Shown: piece after piece, positions 50,331-64,000 of the stretch
Layout of the letters: every line of letters begins with the position of its first letter
Position numbering within the stretch: position 1 is the first letter of the stretch
Source of the DNA: Octopus vulgaris
Lineage: Eukaryota
Direction of reading: 5' to 3'
DNA: 64,000 nucleotides
Assembly: GCA_951406725.2 (NCBI GenBank)
Contig: OX597830.1
Span: 2,480,001 to 2,544,000 of the forward strand
Program-made: the position numbers and the translations under genes
Notes under the pieces: generated by a model
Databases searched by the model: none
The model's input: only the letters and a program-made list of their open reading frames with translations
Told to the model about the DNA's origin: nothing

Positions 50331-52456
50331 ATGTGAAAATAACAAGCCAGTGGGCATATACTACACATCTGTACCCTATTCCTACCAGTGCAAAATCATG
50401 TATGTGCAGGAAGGGTGGTGCCACCTCCCACCCAAAGGACTTTCCCCACACAGCATTAGTTTTGGTGGGAAAAAGAGTCAAATACTTTTCAAATGCTCCT
50501 CGTGTACCTCACTAGTCTTAGAGGGATTGAACACATACATCAAGGGCATAGCCCCTTTCTAAAGACCAAACCAATATGTGTAGGGGTGGCAGGTGCCCTT
50601 GACCAGAGCTGACATGGAGCTAAACAACAACGACAAAAATTCTGGGTTTCTCAAGTTCTCTAATTAACCTTTTAAAGTAATTAGTACATATAAAATGCAT
50701 TATTACAGAATTTCATTTTTGTATTTAGTTTGAGAAGTTTCTGTTGTAAATGCAGGATTGAAAAACATTTTATTGTATTTTGGTAGGGTCATCATGCCAA
50801 TACACACATTGGTTCTATTTCAAGAAAAATTGAATATTTTTTTTTATTATTCTTTGATGATAGTCCTGCTTAGGGAGTTCCTTTCAGGGTTTTTTGACTA
50901 TTTTATTAACCCACTGTTCTTCTCAAGTATTTATCATAGAGATCACTGCTTATAAGATCGATAAGTTTACCTCAGGAACAGAATATAGGGAACTAAATAC
51001 CTAGAGGATATTTAAGACAGTTCTGTTCAATGTACAAATTTATTGGCCAGCATCATCCTTATACACACACAAAGAGATATCTCTTCGTAAAATGATGTTA
51101 AAAGTTAAATGCTACAAATCCAAAGTTTTTTTCTCTCTGAAACAGAATGTCTTATGGCATTTCATGGTAACATCAAAACAAAGTGTGGACCTGTAGTAGT
51201 TGACTTATAGAACAAGCATCAGATCCTTCTGTTTATAGCATCAAATTCTAGGTAAATCTTGGTCCACAGAACAAAGGATTTACGCGTATGCATGTAAATA
51301 TATAAGCATCATCCTCTTTCCATGCTGGCATGGGTTGGACGGTTTGACTGAGGACTGGCAAACCAGATGGCTGCACCAGGCTCCAATCTTGATCTGGCAG
51401 AGTTTCTACAGCTGGATGCCCTTCCTAATGCCAACCACTGAGAGTGTATGGATGCTTTTACTTGCCATTGGCACAAGGGCCAGTCAGGCAGCACTGGCAA
51501 TAGCCACACTCAAATGGTGTTTTTTAAGTTCCACCTGCACAGGAGCCAGTCCAGTGGCACTGGCAGCGACCTCAATTGAATGTTTTTTAACATCTCACTA
51601 GCACAAAGTACCAGTAAGGTGACACTGGTAATGAGCACGCTCAACCGTATGTGTATATTTATACATATGTATTTTCACATATATATGTGTGTGTGCATGA
51701 GTATATGTAAACATATATAAATGTATATATGTATGTGTGTGTGTGTATGTGTGTGTGTGTGTGTATGTGTGTGTGTACATGTATATCAAAAGTGTGTGTT
51801 ATAACACTGTTCCACATGTACAAAAACAGCCATACCAACGATCCAACATACCACCATCATCAGCTGCCCCACAGATACCATTATGGTTTCGACACTTGGG
51901 CAATACCATTCGATCTGATGGTATCAATATATATATATTATTTATGTGTAAGACAAGACTATTGATTTGGTCTTCCATTTAGCTGCTATGTCAAGCAAAC
52001 TGAATGACCACATAGTAGCTAACTCCTTTTGCTACATATTAACACACATATTCTGTTATACTTCAAGTCCAGATGTATCGTACAGGTTTTATATTTATTC
52101 TTGTGTATTTTTTTAAGTGTAAATAATGTTTGAGTCGTGATTTGAAAAGAGTTTCATAGTAAAAAGAGAAAAACATAACTGTATGGTGCTTATAGAGAAA
52201 TGAAATACAACCATGGTGTAACCATGAAAAACTTCTTGGAAAACCTCATAAAAACTCACAGCAGTGTATTTAAAAGAGGCTGTTAGAAAGGCAAGACATG
52301 TCCTGTTTGCACCCACAAGTAAATATACATGAAGCAGTTTCCCAATAATTTCTCTTTAATATTAAATTATGTCTTTGCACTGAGCGATAATCTGGGGTAC
52401 TATAGACATTTCAAGGGTGTATATATTGATTGAAATGCTCAAATACACACGTACAC

Positions 52457-52487
<31 letters not shown>

Positions 52488-52590
52488 TGTATGTATGTAC
52501 GCATGTATGCCTGTATGTATGCATGTTGGTATCTATTTATCTAAGTGTGCATTACTGTGTATATATATGTATGTATATATACATACATAT

Positions 52591-52627
<37 letters not shown>

Positions 52628-52661
52628 CAGCATTGAAGGCAAACATTAAACAACAACAATG

Positions 52662-52713
<52 letters not shown>

Positions 52714-54484
52714 TGCACACACATACATACACACATATACAGATACATATATGTATGTGATACCTAGATAGATAGACAGAGATGAATAGATATATATATA
52801 TATATATGTGTGGGGGGGGGGCTTGTTTGTTTGTTCTTTGTTAACCAGAGTAAAACTGATTTCTTACAATGAAGTATTTCCCAGACAATAAGGATGTCGG
52901 GCGTTTCTTGTATTTCATTCAAGAGCCCACATTACACCCGTTTCAACTTTATGATTCTATTGAATGAGGTTCTTCATTTATGTTGACTTATCTAAGGAGA
53001 CCAAATTGTGTAGGACATGTCAGTTGGAGATCTCTTCAAAGTTGAGTTCAATCAAAGTACAAAAGGCAACTGAAAACAATATAAAGATTGTGTATAGAAA
53101 TATTGATTGTAGAATTTGGTAAGCATCAAAGCAGAGACATGTGATCAAGGCTAAACAATATTGAACTCATTGTCCTAACACAGAGTTTAAACTGTTACCA
53201 ATCACACAAAAGTTGTACCAAAGGGACACACATCGTTTTTTCAAGAATATATTTAGTCTGGACGATGCAGAAGGTACATCGAAACAACCTAAATGAGATT
53301 AAATATTATTTGAATAAACACTGAGATGATGGGGTGTTAGGAATAGAGGATGGTGGACAGTGTTGTTGTGGGTCTCATCATTACTATCGTTTAATGTCTG
53401 GCTTCCACGCTGGCATGGGTTGGACGGTTTGATTGGGGACTGGCAAGCCAGGAGGCTGCACCAGGCTCCATTCTTGATCTGGCAGAGTTTCTACAGCTGG
53501 ATGCCCTTCCTAATGCCAACCATTCCGAGAGTGTAGTGGGTGCATTTTATGTGCCACTGGCATGGAAGCCAGTCAGGCGGCACTGACATCAGCCAAATTT
53601 AGATGGTGCTTTTTACATGCTACCAGCAAAGGAGCCCGTCGGGGTAGGAGAGGGGGGGGGGCTTTAATGATCAATAGGGGTGAATAGTTCATCCAGTCCT
53701 AACACCTCTTTCTGCTGCAGATGAGGATAATAGAAAAGTTAGAGAAGGAGGAAGAAGAATCTAATGTTATTTATTCAAGGGAAAGCCAAATCTGGAAGCG
53801 ATAAAATATATTCTTTATATGACAATTAGCAATTAGAGAATAAATTAGAGAATAAATTAGAGAATAAATTAGAAGCATCACTTTAATGTGCAGGGGTTGA
53901 GGATGATCTCCATTGTTTGAACTAAGAGGATTCAGTTGTTTGAGCTAGTGAATCAACTGCTCCTGAATTTACTTATAAATCTTCAAACAGAATCGTCATA
54001 CCACAATATTAAGATTGTACCTTGTAATCCATCCAGCAGTTTTCTTTTCAGTTTCCATGTCTCCAGTTTCAAGTCATGAGTCAGGAGTCAACTCGAGGCT
54101 ACAGAAAATGTCAATTAACCAGGATACCCTGCATAGGGATTGAACTCAAGCCTTGATGATTGTGAAGTGAACTTCAGAAACATTTCAACATATTCTGCCT
54201 CCTTTTAGAGTATATTCAATATTCTCTGTTTGATAGCAAGGAATCCACCCATGTACAGTTTATACAGGCGTGAATGTATACACGGACGACTCCTCTCTGA
54301 ATAATGATGGACTCCAACAAGATGGACCGCAGAAACGGACATGGAAAATATTGTGGAATTTTATATTGTGGAATATTTCTCATAGGTTTTTAGGAGCAGA
54401 TTTCTTTTGCCATTTTGATGCTCTGTCAGAGGATCAGGAGTTTTGAAACCACAATATACAAAAACTTAGTTTTACTTTCTATGT

Positions 54485-54503
54485 GTATCATCATCACCAT
54501 CAA

Positions 54504-54535
<32 letters not shown>

Positions 54536-54730
54536 CCATCGTCGTCGTCGTCGTCGTCATGGTCATCATCATCATCATCATCATCGTCATCATCATCATC
54601 ACCATCTTGTCATCACTATCATCACCACCAACGTCATCATCGTCATCATCGTTATCATCACCATCATTATCACCATCATCGTCATCATCATCACCATCAT
54701 CGTCATCACCATCATCGTCATCATCCTCCT
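54485..54730. repeat. (CAT/CGT/CAC)n compound microsatellite
   Basis: Direct reading; adjoins an RTE tail on the minus strand. Confidence 0.9.
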
Positions 54731-55664
54731 CCCCATTTAACATCCATTTTCCATACTGGCATGAGTGGTACAGTTTGACAGATGTCCAGCCAGAGAGCTA
54801 CATTAAGTTCCATCGTCTGCTTTGGCAAGGTTTCTACAGCTTGAAGCCCTTCCTAATGCTGACCATTTTACAGAGTGCTTTTACATGACACCAGCATCAG
54901 CAAGGTCAGCAAGTAACTTGCAACACAATACATAAATACATATATGTACATACATACCCAGTATATATACACATAGAAATACTCTGTTCTACTCTAGGCA
55001 CAAGGCCCAAAATTTTGGGGTAGGGGGCCAATCGATTAGATCGACCCTGGTATGCAACTGGTACTTAATTTATCGACCCTGAAAGGATGAAAAGCAAAGC
55101 CAATGTCAGCAGAATTTGAACTCAGAACGTAAAGACAGACGAAATATCACTAAGCATTTCGTTCTGCGCTCTAACGTTTCTGCCATACACACATATATTT
55201 ACATACCAATGCCAGTGCCGCCTTGACTGACTCCCATGCTGGTGGCACATAAAAAGCACCATCCAATCATGGTCGATGCCACCCTCCTCTGGCCCCTGTG
55301 CTGGTGGGTATATAGAAAGTACCTACTACACTCTTGGAGTGGTTGGTGTTAGGAAGGGCATCCGACTGAAGAAACACTGCCAGATCAGACTGAAGCCTGG
55401 TGCAGTCTCCTGGCTTCCCAGACCCTTGTCAAACCGTCCAACCCATGCCAGCATGCAAAATGGACATTAAACAACGATGATGATGATGATACAAGTATCT
55501 CTGTATAGTCTATATATATACCCAGATACACGCACCCACAACTTCATAATTACGAGCATACACACAGTTGCTAGGATATATATATATATATATATATATA
55601 TATGCTCACATATGTGTATATACACACATATGTGAGTTTGTCCGTGCTTGTGTACATATAAATA

Positions 55665-55990
55665 TATTAGGGCTATCATAAAGTAATATCATATTTACAG
55701 GGAAATTGTCTGACATCATACTAGAAGTGGATCTGTGCCAAAATATTGAGGACTTTTCACAGAGGCTTAATAAACCTTGGTCCACTGTGCAACATCATCT
55801 TGAGCAGATCAGAGAAGAATATAAAGACGGGAAAGGGCAACCTCATGAGCTGCCCCAGAGAATATAGGTCACATTCAACAAATCCAAGAAAAGACAAATT
55901 CATTAGCCTGGCAATCCCTTCCTCACCCTTCCTAATCACCAGACATAACACAATCAGATTTTCACTTATTCAACTTTCTTGAACATCTTT
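55665..55990 (+). pseudogene. Degenerate mariner fragment
   Basis: Hand translation DLCQNIEDFSQRLNKPWSTVQHHLEQI...QPHEL (second HTH plus a WVPHEL-like linker). Confidence 0.55.
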
Positions 55991-56229
55991 CTCAGAAAAA
56001 AAAAAACATTCACAAAGAATGGCAACCTTGAAACAGTACTCCAAGCATTTTTCACTTCTAAAGAACCTGATTCTTTTACCCGAGGAATCAGAAAATGAGT
56101 TTGAGGTGGGGAAATGTTATTTACTGACAGTGATTATATTTTAAATGAAGCAATATATTTTATGCTGATTTGAACTCATCACATGAGATATGACATTACC
56201 TCTCAGTACAGCTAAAATATACATACATT

Positions 56230-56271
<42 letters not shown>

Positions 56272-56956
56272 TATATATATACCTATATATATTTGAGCGT
56301 GTGTGTGTGTTTCTGTGCATAGAAATATGTTGTTTGTGGACGTGTATGCATATATGTCTGTATGTCCATTATTTTTTTTTTCCCCATTAAAAGCCATGGT
56401 TACCATAGATACTTGCCTGTGTATCGGATGTATATAACAAAACATCAAGGCTAGTTAACAGTAATTTAGATGTTGTCACAAAGATGAGAATGATTCCAAG
56501 AACTGTCTTTCAAAAGCTTGCAACACAAACACAACACAAACACAATGCAAGAAGCTTTCTAGTTTACGTTGAAGTTTTTCTGCAGTTTGGTTTCTGTTTT
56601 CTCTTGTCGTTTTTTTTTTTTTTATAAAATCCACCTTTGCAACACTCTTTAATATGAACCACTTGTTATATTGATACTACATACTCTAACTTTGCATTTA
56701 TTTTCTTCTTTATGCTTCTTGTAAGGTTAAAAACCTTCTTAGCATCAAACTGCTTTTAAGCAGCGTGATAATGGCCTGCAGACTGCAGAACATTTAAAGG
56801 GTAGATGATCTTTGTTGAGAATTTACACTAAAACACTGTACAAAGGTGTGAATGGAATAAAGTGTTTGATAGACACGTGTAGAAGAGGAAAATAATGGAT
56901 AAACTGCAGAAAAGAATATTAAACAAACATACAAGCTCTTCTCAAAAGACCTCTTT

Positions 56957-56999
<43 letters not shown>

Positions 57000-57476
57000 T
57001 CCTTTATTCTGGTTTTTTAAATTTTCTCTCTCTCTCAAGTGTGTGTCTGTGTAGTGTGAGCATCTGATATCATAAACATGTTCAGATACCATGTATGTGC
57101 GTGTGTGTATGTGTGTGTGTATGCTAATATGTAACAGTGAGAATGAGAGCTCAACACCACATTGGTGAATGAAGATTCTTTATTTGTGGCTTAATTAGGC
57201 TACCATTGGAGTTGTAGCATTTAATAAGTTGTATATGCATCTGCAAACATAACAGATGTAATTTGAATAAAAATAATTTCATTTTCATTGGGTTGTGAAC
57301 AACAGATTAGGTGTTTGTAGTTGATAAAGCAAAAGAACATAAAAACACATGTCTGCTACAATCCAGGGAGATTCTTTTACAGCCCCAAATGTGTTCTGAC
57401 CCTTTTCTTGGAAGAGAATTTTCTCCACAGCGACTGGACTTCGCAGACCTGAATACACTGGACTTTACATAAATGC

Positions 57477-57524
<48 letters not shown>

Positions 57525-57527
<3 letters not shown>

Positions 57528-57770
57528 TGTAGGATGGGTGTTTGGTTAGAGATTTGCTATTTAACCTCATAGTTACAGGGTTCTGGGTTCAATTCTACTC
57601 TATGACACCTTGAGTGTGTGGGAGATGTTGTGTGTGGGAGGATGTGTGGGTGTGTGTGTGTGTTGGTGTGTGTGTGTGTAGTTTGTGTGGGGAGGATTGT
57701 CTTCTACAACAGTAGAAAAGAATTATGAGTAGACTTGATAGATGGAAACTGAAAGAAGCCCAATATATGT
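57525..57770 (+). mobile_element. SINE family A 5' half, with TG-rich interruption
   Basis: gggttcaattc...gacaccttg...ggaaactgaaagaagccc. Confidence 0.6.
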
Positions 57771-57866
57771 GCATGTATAATATATATATACACACACATA
57801 CATATATATATACACATACATATATATATCTATGTGTATAGATATATATATATATATATATATATA

Positions 57867-58245
57867 ATTACTATAGGATAAAATTTTTTTCGGGAAAAAA
57901 ATTTTATCAATGGCCAGCATATCAAAAAATGCCTTTAAAGGTAAAATTTATACATAATTTACAAGATAAGGGCAGAAGAAAAATTCTAATGCCAAATATG
58001 CCGCAACAAAAAATTGTCGATAACCATTAAATTTATGTGTCTCGAAACAAACCGATAGAAATCTCTAAAAAAATTCGTTATTACCGCATTGGTCCAATTT
58101 CGGGATTAATTCATAAGAAATTTTCCCCTCTTCAGTGGCAAATATGCAAGATATAAATGAAATACTTACTCATGGTTATCAACAATTTTTTGTTTTGGCA
58201 TATTTGGCATTAGAATTTTTCTTCTGCCCTTATCTTGTAAATTAT
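57867..58245. mobile_element. PLE-like fold-back element (74-bp arms 57954-58027 / 58172-58245) inside (TA)n
   Basis: Inverted arms read directly; internal hammerhead-like fold. Confidence 0.75.
58081..58141 (-). ncRNA. Hammerhead-like fold (atypical G at the cleavage position)
   Basis: UUGCCA-CUGAAGA-GGGG...CCC-GAAA-UUGG(A)CCAA-UG/CGGUAA. Confidence 0.55.
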
Positions 58246-58288
58246 ATATATATATATATATACATCTATATATATATATACGTTTATA

Positions 58289-58764
58289 TATTTGTTGTGC
58301 AAGATTTTTTATGTGAAGTCGCGTGTTGAAACAGATATTGTTATATTTCAGAATGGTCATTTTGCCAGTTTAGCCAATAAAATCACACGCACTATATATA
58401 TTTGGTGTTACTTTGCTTCAGTGTTATTTATTTTTTACATCAATCTTAATCTTATTTAGGCCAGAGTTCTTTCGTCACACTCCTGTGACTGCATCAGTGG
58501 TCCTTTGTTTTCTTCTCACTTACTTGTGTCTCTCCTTACTAACCGTCAGCTGACGGTTAGTAAGGAGAGACACAAATAAGTGAGAAGAAAACAAAGGACC
58601 ACTGATGCGGTCACAGGAGTGTGACGAAAGAACTCTGGCCTAAATAAGATTAAGATTGATGTAAAAAATAAATAACACTGAAGCAAAGTAACACCAAATA
58701 TATATAGTGCGTGTGATTTTATTGGCTAAACTGGCAAAATGACCATTCTGAAATATAACAATAT
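58289..58764. mobile_element. Second copy of the spacerless palindromic element (arms 58335-58549 / 58550-58764), opposite orientation
   Basis: Same centre cag|ctg and same 215-bp arms, with the extension on the left; hammerhead-like folds at 58459-58503(-) and 58596-58640(+). Confidence 0.9.
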
Positions 58765-58773
58765 ATATATATA

Positions 58774-60122
58774 GATCTGTAGTAAAGGCATAGGTAGAAA
58801 CTCTATAAGATGTACCCAGTGTAAGCTATGGACACATAAGATGTGCAGTAATATCAAAGGAAGGCTAACTGGGATGATAGTTTTTGTATGTGGCAGATGC
58901 TCAGGAGCAATAAACACTGAAAATCTGCAGAAAACAACTTCTGTCACTTTCCAGGGGGAAAAACTAGAAGTAGTTGATAGCTTCCATTACCTAGGTGACC
59001 AAGTCAGTAGTGGGGGTGGGTGTGCTGAAAGTGTAACTGCTAGAGTAAGAATAGCCTGTGCAAATTTCAGGGAGCTCTTACCTCTGCTGGTGACAAAAGG
59101 CCTCTTGCTCAGAGTAAAAGGCAGACTGTATGACGCATGTGTACGAACAGCCATGCTACATGGCAGTGAAACATGGGCCATGACTGCTGAGGACATGCGT
59201 AAGCTCACGAGGAATGAAGCCAGTATGCTCCGATGGATGTGTAATGTCAGTGTGCATACTTGACAGAGTGTAAGTACCTTGAGAGAAAAGTTGGACCTAA
59301 GAAGCATCAGCTGTGGTCATGTGGCGAGAATGGATGAGGACAGCTGTGTGAGAAAGTGTCACACCCTGTGGAAGAGGTAGACCCAGGAAGACCTGGGATG
59401 AAGTGGTGAAGCATGACCTTCAAACATTAGGCCTCACCAAGGCAATGACTAGTGACCAGGACCTTTGGAAATATGCTGTGCATGAGAAGACCCAGCAGGA
59501 CAAGTGACTCCATCCCGTGTCCCTTGCCAGGGATGTAGCCAGCCCACATATGCATGCCTTTTCTTCCTTGGACATGTGAAGACCTGTTGAGGCAAGCGAA
59601 ATCGAACCTCATCCGACGACTGGTACCCATGCCAACCTCCCTTCATTGGACACTAAACTCTGCTTGTGAAGACCTGTTGGGGCAAATCGGAATCGAAATT
59701 GAACCAATCCTAAGACTGGCACCCGGCAGTTGCCAGTGCTGCTGGACTGACTCCTGTGCAGGTGGCAAGTAAAGAAACACCGTTTCGACCCTGTGCTTCA
59801 GGAGACCTATTGAGTCAAGTACACCAACATCAAAAATCAATGGAAATTGTAGTTGTGATCCCCGTGCTGATGGCACGTAAAAAGCACCATCCGAACGTGG
59901 CCGATGCCAGCGCCGCCTTGACTGGCTTCCGTGCCAGTGGAACGTAAAAAGCACCCACTACACTCACGGAGTGGTTGGCGTTAGGAAGGACATCCAGCTG
60001 TAGAGACATTGCCAGATCAGGCTGGAGCCTGGTGCAGCCTTCTGGCTTCTCAGATCCTGGCCGAATTGTCCAACCCATACTAGCATGGAGAACGGACGTT
60101 AAATGATGATGATGATGATGAT
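58774..60122 (+). mobile_element. RTE LINE 3' portion (relative of 45253-47600)
   Basis: LEVVDSFHYLGDQVSSGGG...RVKGRLYDACVRTAMLHGSETWA; same 3' tail and (GAT)n. Confidence 0.9.
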
Positions 60123-60131
60123 GATATATAA

Positions 60132-60175
<44 letters not shown>

Positions 60176-60487
60176 ATATATATATATATGGACTGCCTTT
60201 GTGTTTGAGTCCTCTTCCACTTCTTGACAACCTGTGTTGGTTTGTTTACATGCCTGTAACCTAGCAGCTCAGCAAAAGGAGATTGATAAAGTACCAGGCT
60301 TAGAAAATAAATCCTAAGATCGATTTGTTTGACTAAAGAGGGATGACCCTGCTCTGGCATCAGTCTAAAGCTTTATTCGTTGAACCTGAAAAGGTGAAGA
60401 ATAAAATCGATGCCAACCATATTAAATTTTATTTCACTTGTTCTCATCCAGGTTGTCTCTTGGACATAGAAATATGTACTGTTGTAG

Positions 60488-60665
60488 TGTCATCATCATC
60501 ATTACCATCGTCGTCGTTGTCATCATCATCAGCAGCAGCAGTCGTCATCATCATCATAATCATCGTTGTCGTCGTTATCATCATCATCATCACCATAATC
60601 ATTGTAATCATCATCATCGTTGTCGTCATCATCATTATCATCATTATCATCATCACCGTCATCAT
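60488..60665. repeat. (CAT)n compound microsatellite
   Basis: Direct reading of the sequence. Confidence 0.9.
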
Positions 60666-60913
60666 TTCCATCTCTTGCTCCAATGACCCAGTTTTAGAAT
60701 GGCCTTCTGTGACTGTGGGCCCTTCCCAATGCCTGTCACCTTACAGAGACTACTGTGTGCATTCTTTATCCGACTAAATCTTAGGGAGATTTGTCTTGTA
60801 ACCTATGACACTAAAGAGACCCCTTTGATTGAGAATGAGAACCAAAGAGAGGGATGTGGCTTTAGATTAGATGCTGAGGAGATTAAATTATGAGAGGAAA
60901 AACAGGAACTGGT

Positions 60914-61340
60914 TTATTGGTGTGGAGAAGATTCAGGACAAACCTGCATGTTGTATGGTTGTTTGGGATGGTTGACTGTGGGGGTTATGAGGTGCCAGAG
61001 TGAACCCTCAAAAAACCATGCCCAAGAAGCGAATACAGAAGAAAGCACAGAGACAAAACCATAAGGAAGGGATGAGAAAGGTTGCAAGGATTTCTGTGGG
61101 AAAGAAACAGAGGTGGAGGTCATTAGAAATATATTGTAATAAATGTATTGAATGGTGAATGAGGGGTGGGTGTCATGAATGGTAAATATTAGTTGAAGAT
61201 AATGGAAAGGGAGAAGAATGGATTTGAAAAGGAAGTAACTCAGGGGAGAGGGAGTAATGGCTGGCATTACTGAAAGAATGACATGATATATTAGAATGAG
61301 TTCTGCTTTCACCAATTTACAGTAACAGAATAAAATAGTA
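60914..61340 (-). pseudogene. Possible highly decayed PLE linker region
   Basis: Weak resemblance to PLE linker motifs (LIFTIH..HPS..IQ; NHP...C) across frames. Confidence 0.3.
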
Positions 61341-62049
61341 TCTAGAAATGTAACCATATATATGTGTGTGTGGATGGATGTGTGTGTGGATGGATGTGTG
61401 TGTGGATGGATGTGTGTATGTACATATAGCTATATAGATACACACACACACATTCATAGATTGATATATATGTGTGTGTGTGTGTGTGTGTTTATGTATT
61501 TGTGTATGAATGCATGTATGCATGTATCTATGTGTGTGTGTGTATATATATACACACACACACATTAATCTGATGGGTGACTATACTTTACTTCTATAGA
61601 TTACAAATTTATTATTCTTCGACAAGAATATTATTGATAGTGACTTCAAAGTTTGTACTCAACTGAAGTATAGAGTAACCCATCAGATTAATGTAAAATT
61701 ATTTTTATTATAACTGAACATGAAAACAAACATAAACATAATGGTTCTGTTCCGATGAGAGTGCTTTCGTAACATTAGCTGGGAAACAGAGGCTTAACTG
61801 GCTCAAACTTTGAAGTCACACTCAATAATGTTCTTGTTTAAGAATTATGTACATATACACACACACACGTGTGTGTGTGTGTGTGTGTACATACATATGT
61901 ATAAATATGTATGTGTGTGTGTATATATATGTATATATATATATAAATATATATATATATACATACATATATGTATGCTTTTATTCTTTTATTTATTCCA
62001 GGCAAGCAGCTGCAGGTCATGCTGGAGCACCACCATGTTTTTGGCATCG

Positions 62050-62520
62050 TTACTTATGATTATCCTTCCACTGATTTCTTTAGGCTGGGTGTGGTTTCAC
62101 ATCACCCTCCCATATGTGCCTTTCTCCCATTTGGTGTATGAGGGAGTTTGGTTCCACTGGCCTTAACTGGACCTCATGCTGGGCTGTTGGTTCAACCAAT
62201 ATTGTGGAGAGGAGAATGTCTAGTTCCTTTTTGAAGACATCTACTTCCACTTTACGTAGATTTCTTGAATTTTGTGGAAAGGCATTGAAGAGCTGTGGGC
62301 CTTTCAACCCTAGGCTATTGCAGGATCTGGTCTTGAATTCAGATGGTGTCTAGTTCTGGCATTTGTATAACATTCAATACCACAATTTAGTACTAGCTCT
62401 TCTGCAGTTTTCCATATGTAGATTATTGCATATCTCTCATGTTTTCACTCCAGGGAATAAAGTCATAGATTTTTCAGCTTCTCCCTCTAGCTCATCTGTA
62501 ACATTGTTTTAACCTTTTCG
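62050..62520 (-). pseudogene. Degenerate CR1/L2-group LINE 3' fragment
   Basis: KGPQLFNAFPQNSRNLRKVEVDVFKKELDILLSTI (FN.LP...FK..LD motif). Confidence 0.7.
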
Positions 62521-62555
62521 TTGGACCACTTCATGCATGTATATGTATGTATGTG

Positions 62556-62615
<60 letters not shown>

Positions 62616-62987
62616 GCAGTATTAGCAATAATTACACCACACCTGGAAATTAATTGTTGCTGATAAGAGTGGGAGATAACCCCCTATCTTTTAACCTCAT
62701 AGCCAACAGGTGGCATAGCTGAAAGAAGACAACACTGCCTGAAGCTGATGACCTACACCAAAGGGTGATAATCACCATTTTTTATATCTTTATCGTTCAC
62801 CCCCCTCCATATTTTAAAGAGGCCATAGGTCAAGATCTCTTAGGATCTGAGGATACACCATAAATGTACCCTTTATGGTGAGAAACCCAGGGTATCCCTA
62901 TAAACCAGCCTTCACCAGTAATCAATATGTGTGTATAGATGTATACATATCTATCTACCAAGCTCCCTCTTTCTCTCTCTCTCTCTC

Positions 62988-63023
<36 letters not shown>

Positions 63024-63029
<6 letters not shown>

Positions 63030-63157
63030 TAATCCAAAAGATATGAAGAAAAACTCAAGAAAACACAACAATGCAAGGACGTGGTACATGCAAAGTATTA
63101 AAAGATGCTCAGACAAGGAAAGAAAGTGTTTTTAATGTTTCAAGCAAACTTCTTCTA
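63024..63157 (-). mobile_element. PLE-type terminal fragment, homolog of 3660-3870
   Basis: Shares ggattaact, ccacgtcct..cattg and the GAAAC.UUAAA end; truncated within the hammerhead. Confidence 0.6.
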
Positions 63158-63233
63158 TATGTATAACTTCTATATATACATATGTGTGTGTGTCATCTAT
63201 ATATATTACCATCATCCATCTTGTATATATATA

Positions 63234-63630
63234 CTAGCAGTATCTCCCGGCGTTGCTCGGGTTTGTAAGGGAAATAACTATATAAGCATTTTTAGAGAGT
63301 TATAGCCAAAAAATAGGGAAAAAATGCATTAAAAATGGAAAAAAAATTAAGGTAAATTTCTTTTTAAATCGTTGACACATCGTAGATATTTTTAGAGAGT
63401 TACTTCCCTTACATAATAGCAAAAAAAATGCATTAAAATGGAAAAATATGATGGTAAATTTTTTTAAATCGTAGACTCATCGTAGACGTGCGCTAATACC
63501 CAGAAGGGCTCGATATGAATCACGACTATAAGATACCCGGTTTTGGTTACACTGCACCGCAAAATGTGGGAGTAGTTAGGAATCTAAATCGTAGGAGACA
63601 GACACACAACTTCACTCTTATATATAAAGA
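63234..63630 (-). mobile_element. Non-autonomous Helitron
   Basis: Minus strand A|TC...CCCGAGCAACGCCGGG hairpin...CTAG|T, no TSD; internal ~100-bp duplication. Confidence 0.85.
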
Positions 63631-63742
63631 TATAAGTCACGTAGTTATATACACATACTTTGTTATATACACATTCTTAAAAGAAAATGTTACTTTGAAT
63701 ACAACATTTATAAAGAATAAAATATTTTTTGGTTTTTCTTAA

Positions 63743-64000
63743 CCCTTTCGTTACTATATTTCTGACCAAATGTGTTTCAATTAATTTCTAACGTAATCAT
63801 AAATTTAGTCTGGTTTCATTAAACAACTATAACTTTTTTATTTATCAATATATTAATCTGATTTTTGGAAGATAATTTAATGAAATATTCTCAACCAATT
63901 CTACACTATAATTTTTGTCACAAAGTGACTCTAATTGCAGGTAGATACAGGTAAATTCAACAATATATAAAATTATTAAAATTTTGTTCAAACATTGCTA
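63743..64000 (+). mobile_element. Possible piggyBac-type MITE left end
   Basis: TTAA followed by CCCTTTCG; the other end would be outside the window. Confidence 0.4.

Noticed and set aside
62740-62780. CUGAUGA-CCU..AGG hairpin
   Set aside because: No GAAA or helix I/III partner follows.

Overview
AT-rich, microsatellite-saturated eukaryotic DNA with no supportable intact host gene. The repeat content (tRNA-derived SINEs with internal (CA)/(TA) tracts, RTE LINE tails ending in (GAT)n, CR1, mariner, Helitron) looks like an octopus/coleoid cephalopod intron or intergenic region; the taxon is inferred from repeat style. Most of the ORF track is translated microsatellite. Real coding remnants are all transposon-derived: mariner transposase (1182-2446 plus fragments), RTE LINE reverse transcriptases (45253-47600, 58774-60122, 7620-8560), CR1 C-termini, an R4/Dong-type restriction-like endonuclease (about 14700-15350) and a near-intact Penelope-like (PLE) GIY-YIG 3' half (19075-20676). 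The most notable signal is a set of about a dozen minimal type I hammerhead-ribozyme folds read by eye. They lie in the PLE 3' repeat, in non-coding fold-back elements embedded in (TA)n tracts (3255-3623, 26032-26510, 43317-43836, 57867-58245, 58289-58764), and in a TSD-flanked tRNA-headed SINE (29775-30050). Two copies of a spacerless 430-bp palindrome share the same fold-back point, yet each copy's two arms share copy-specific variants. Also noted: a direct-repeat element with a pseudoknotted RNA motif, a PHD finger inside the RTE RT, and local templated-insertion scars. No ribozyme activity or novelty is demonstrated here.
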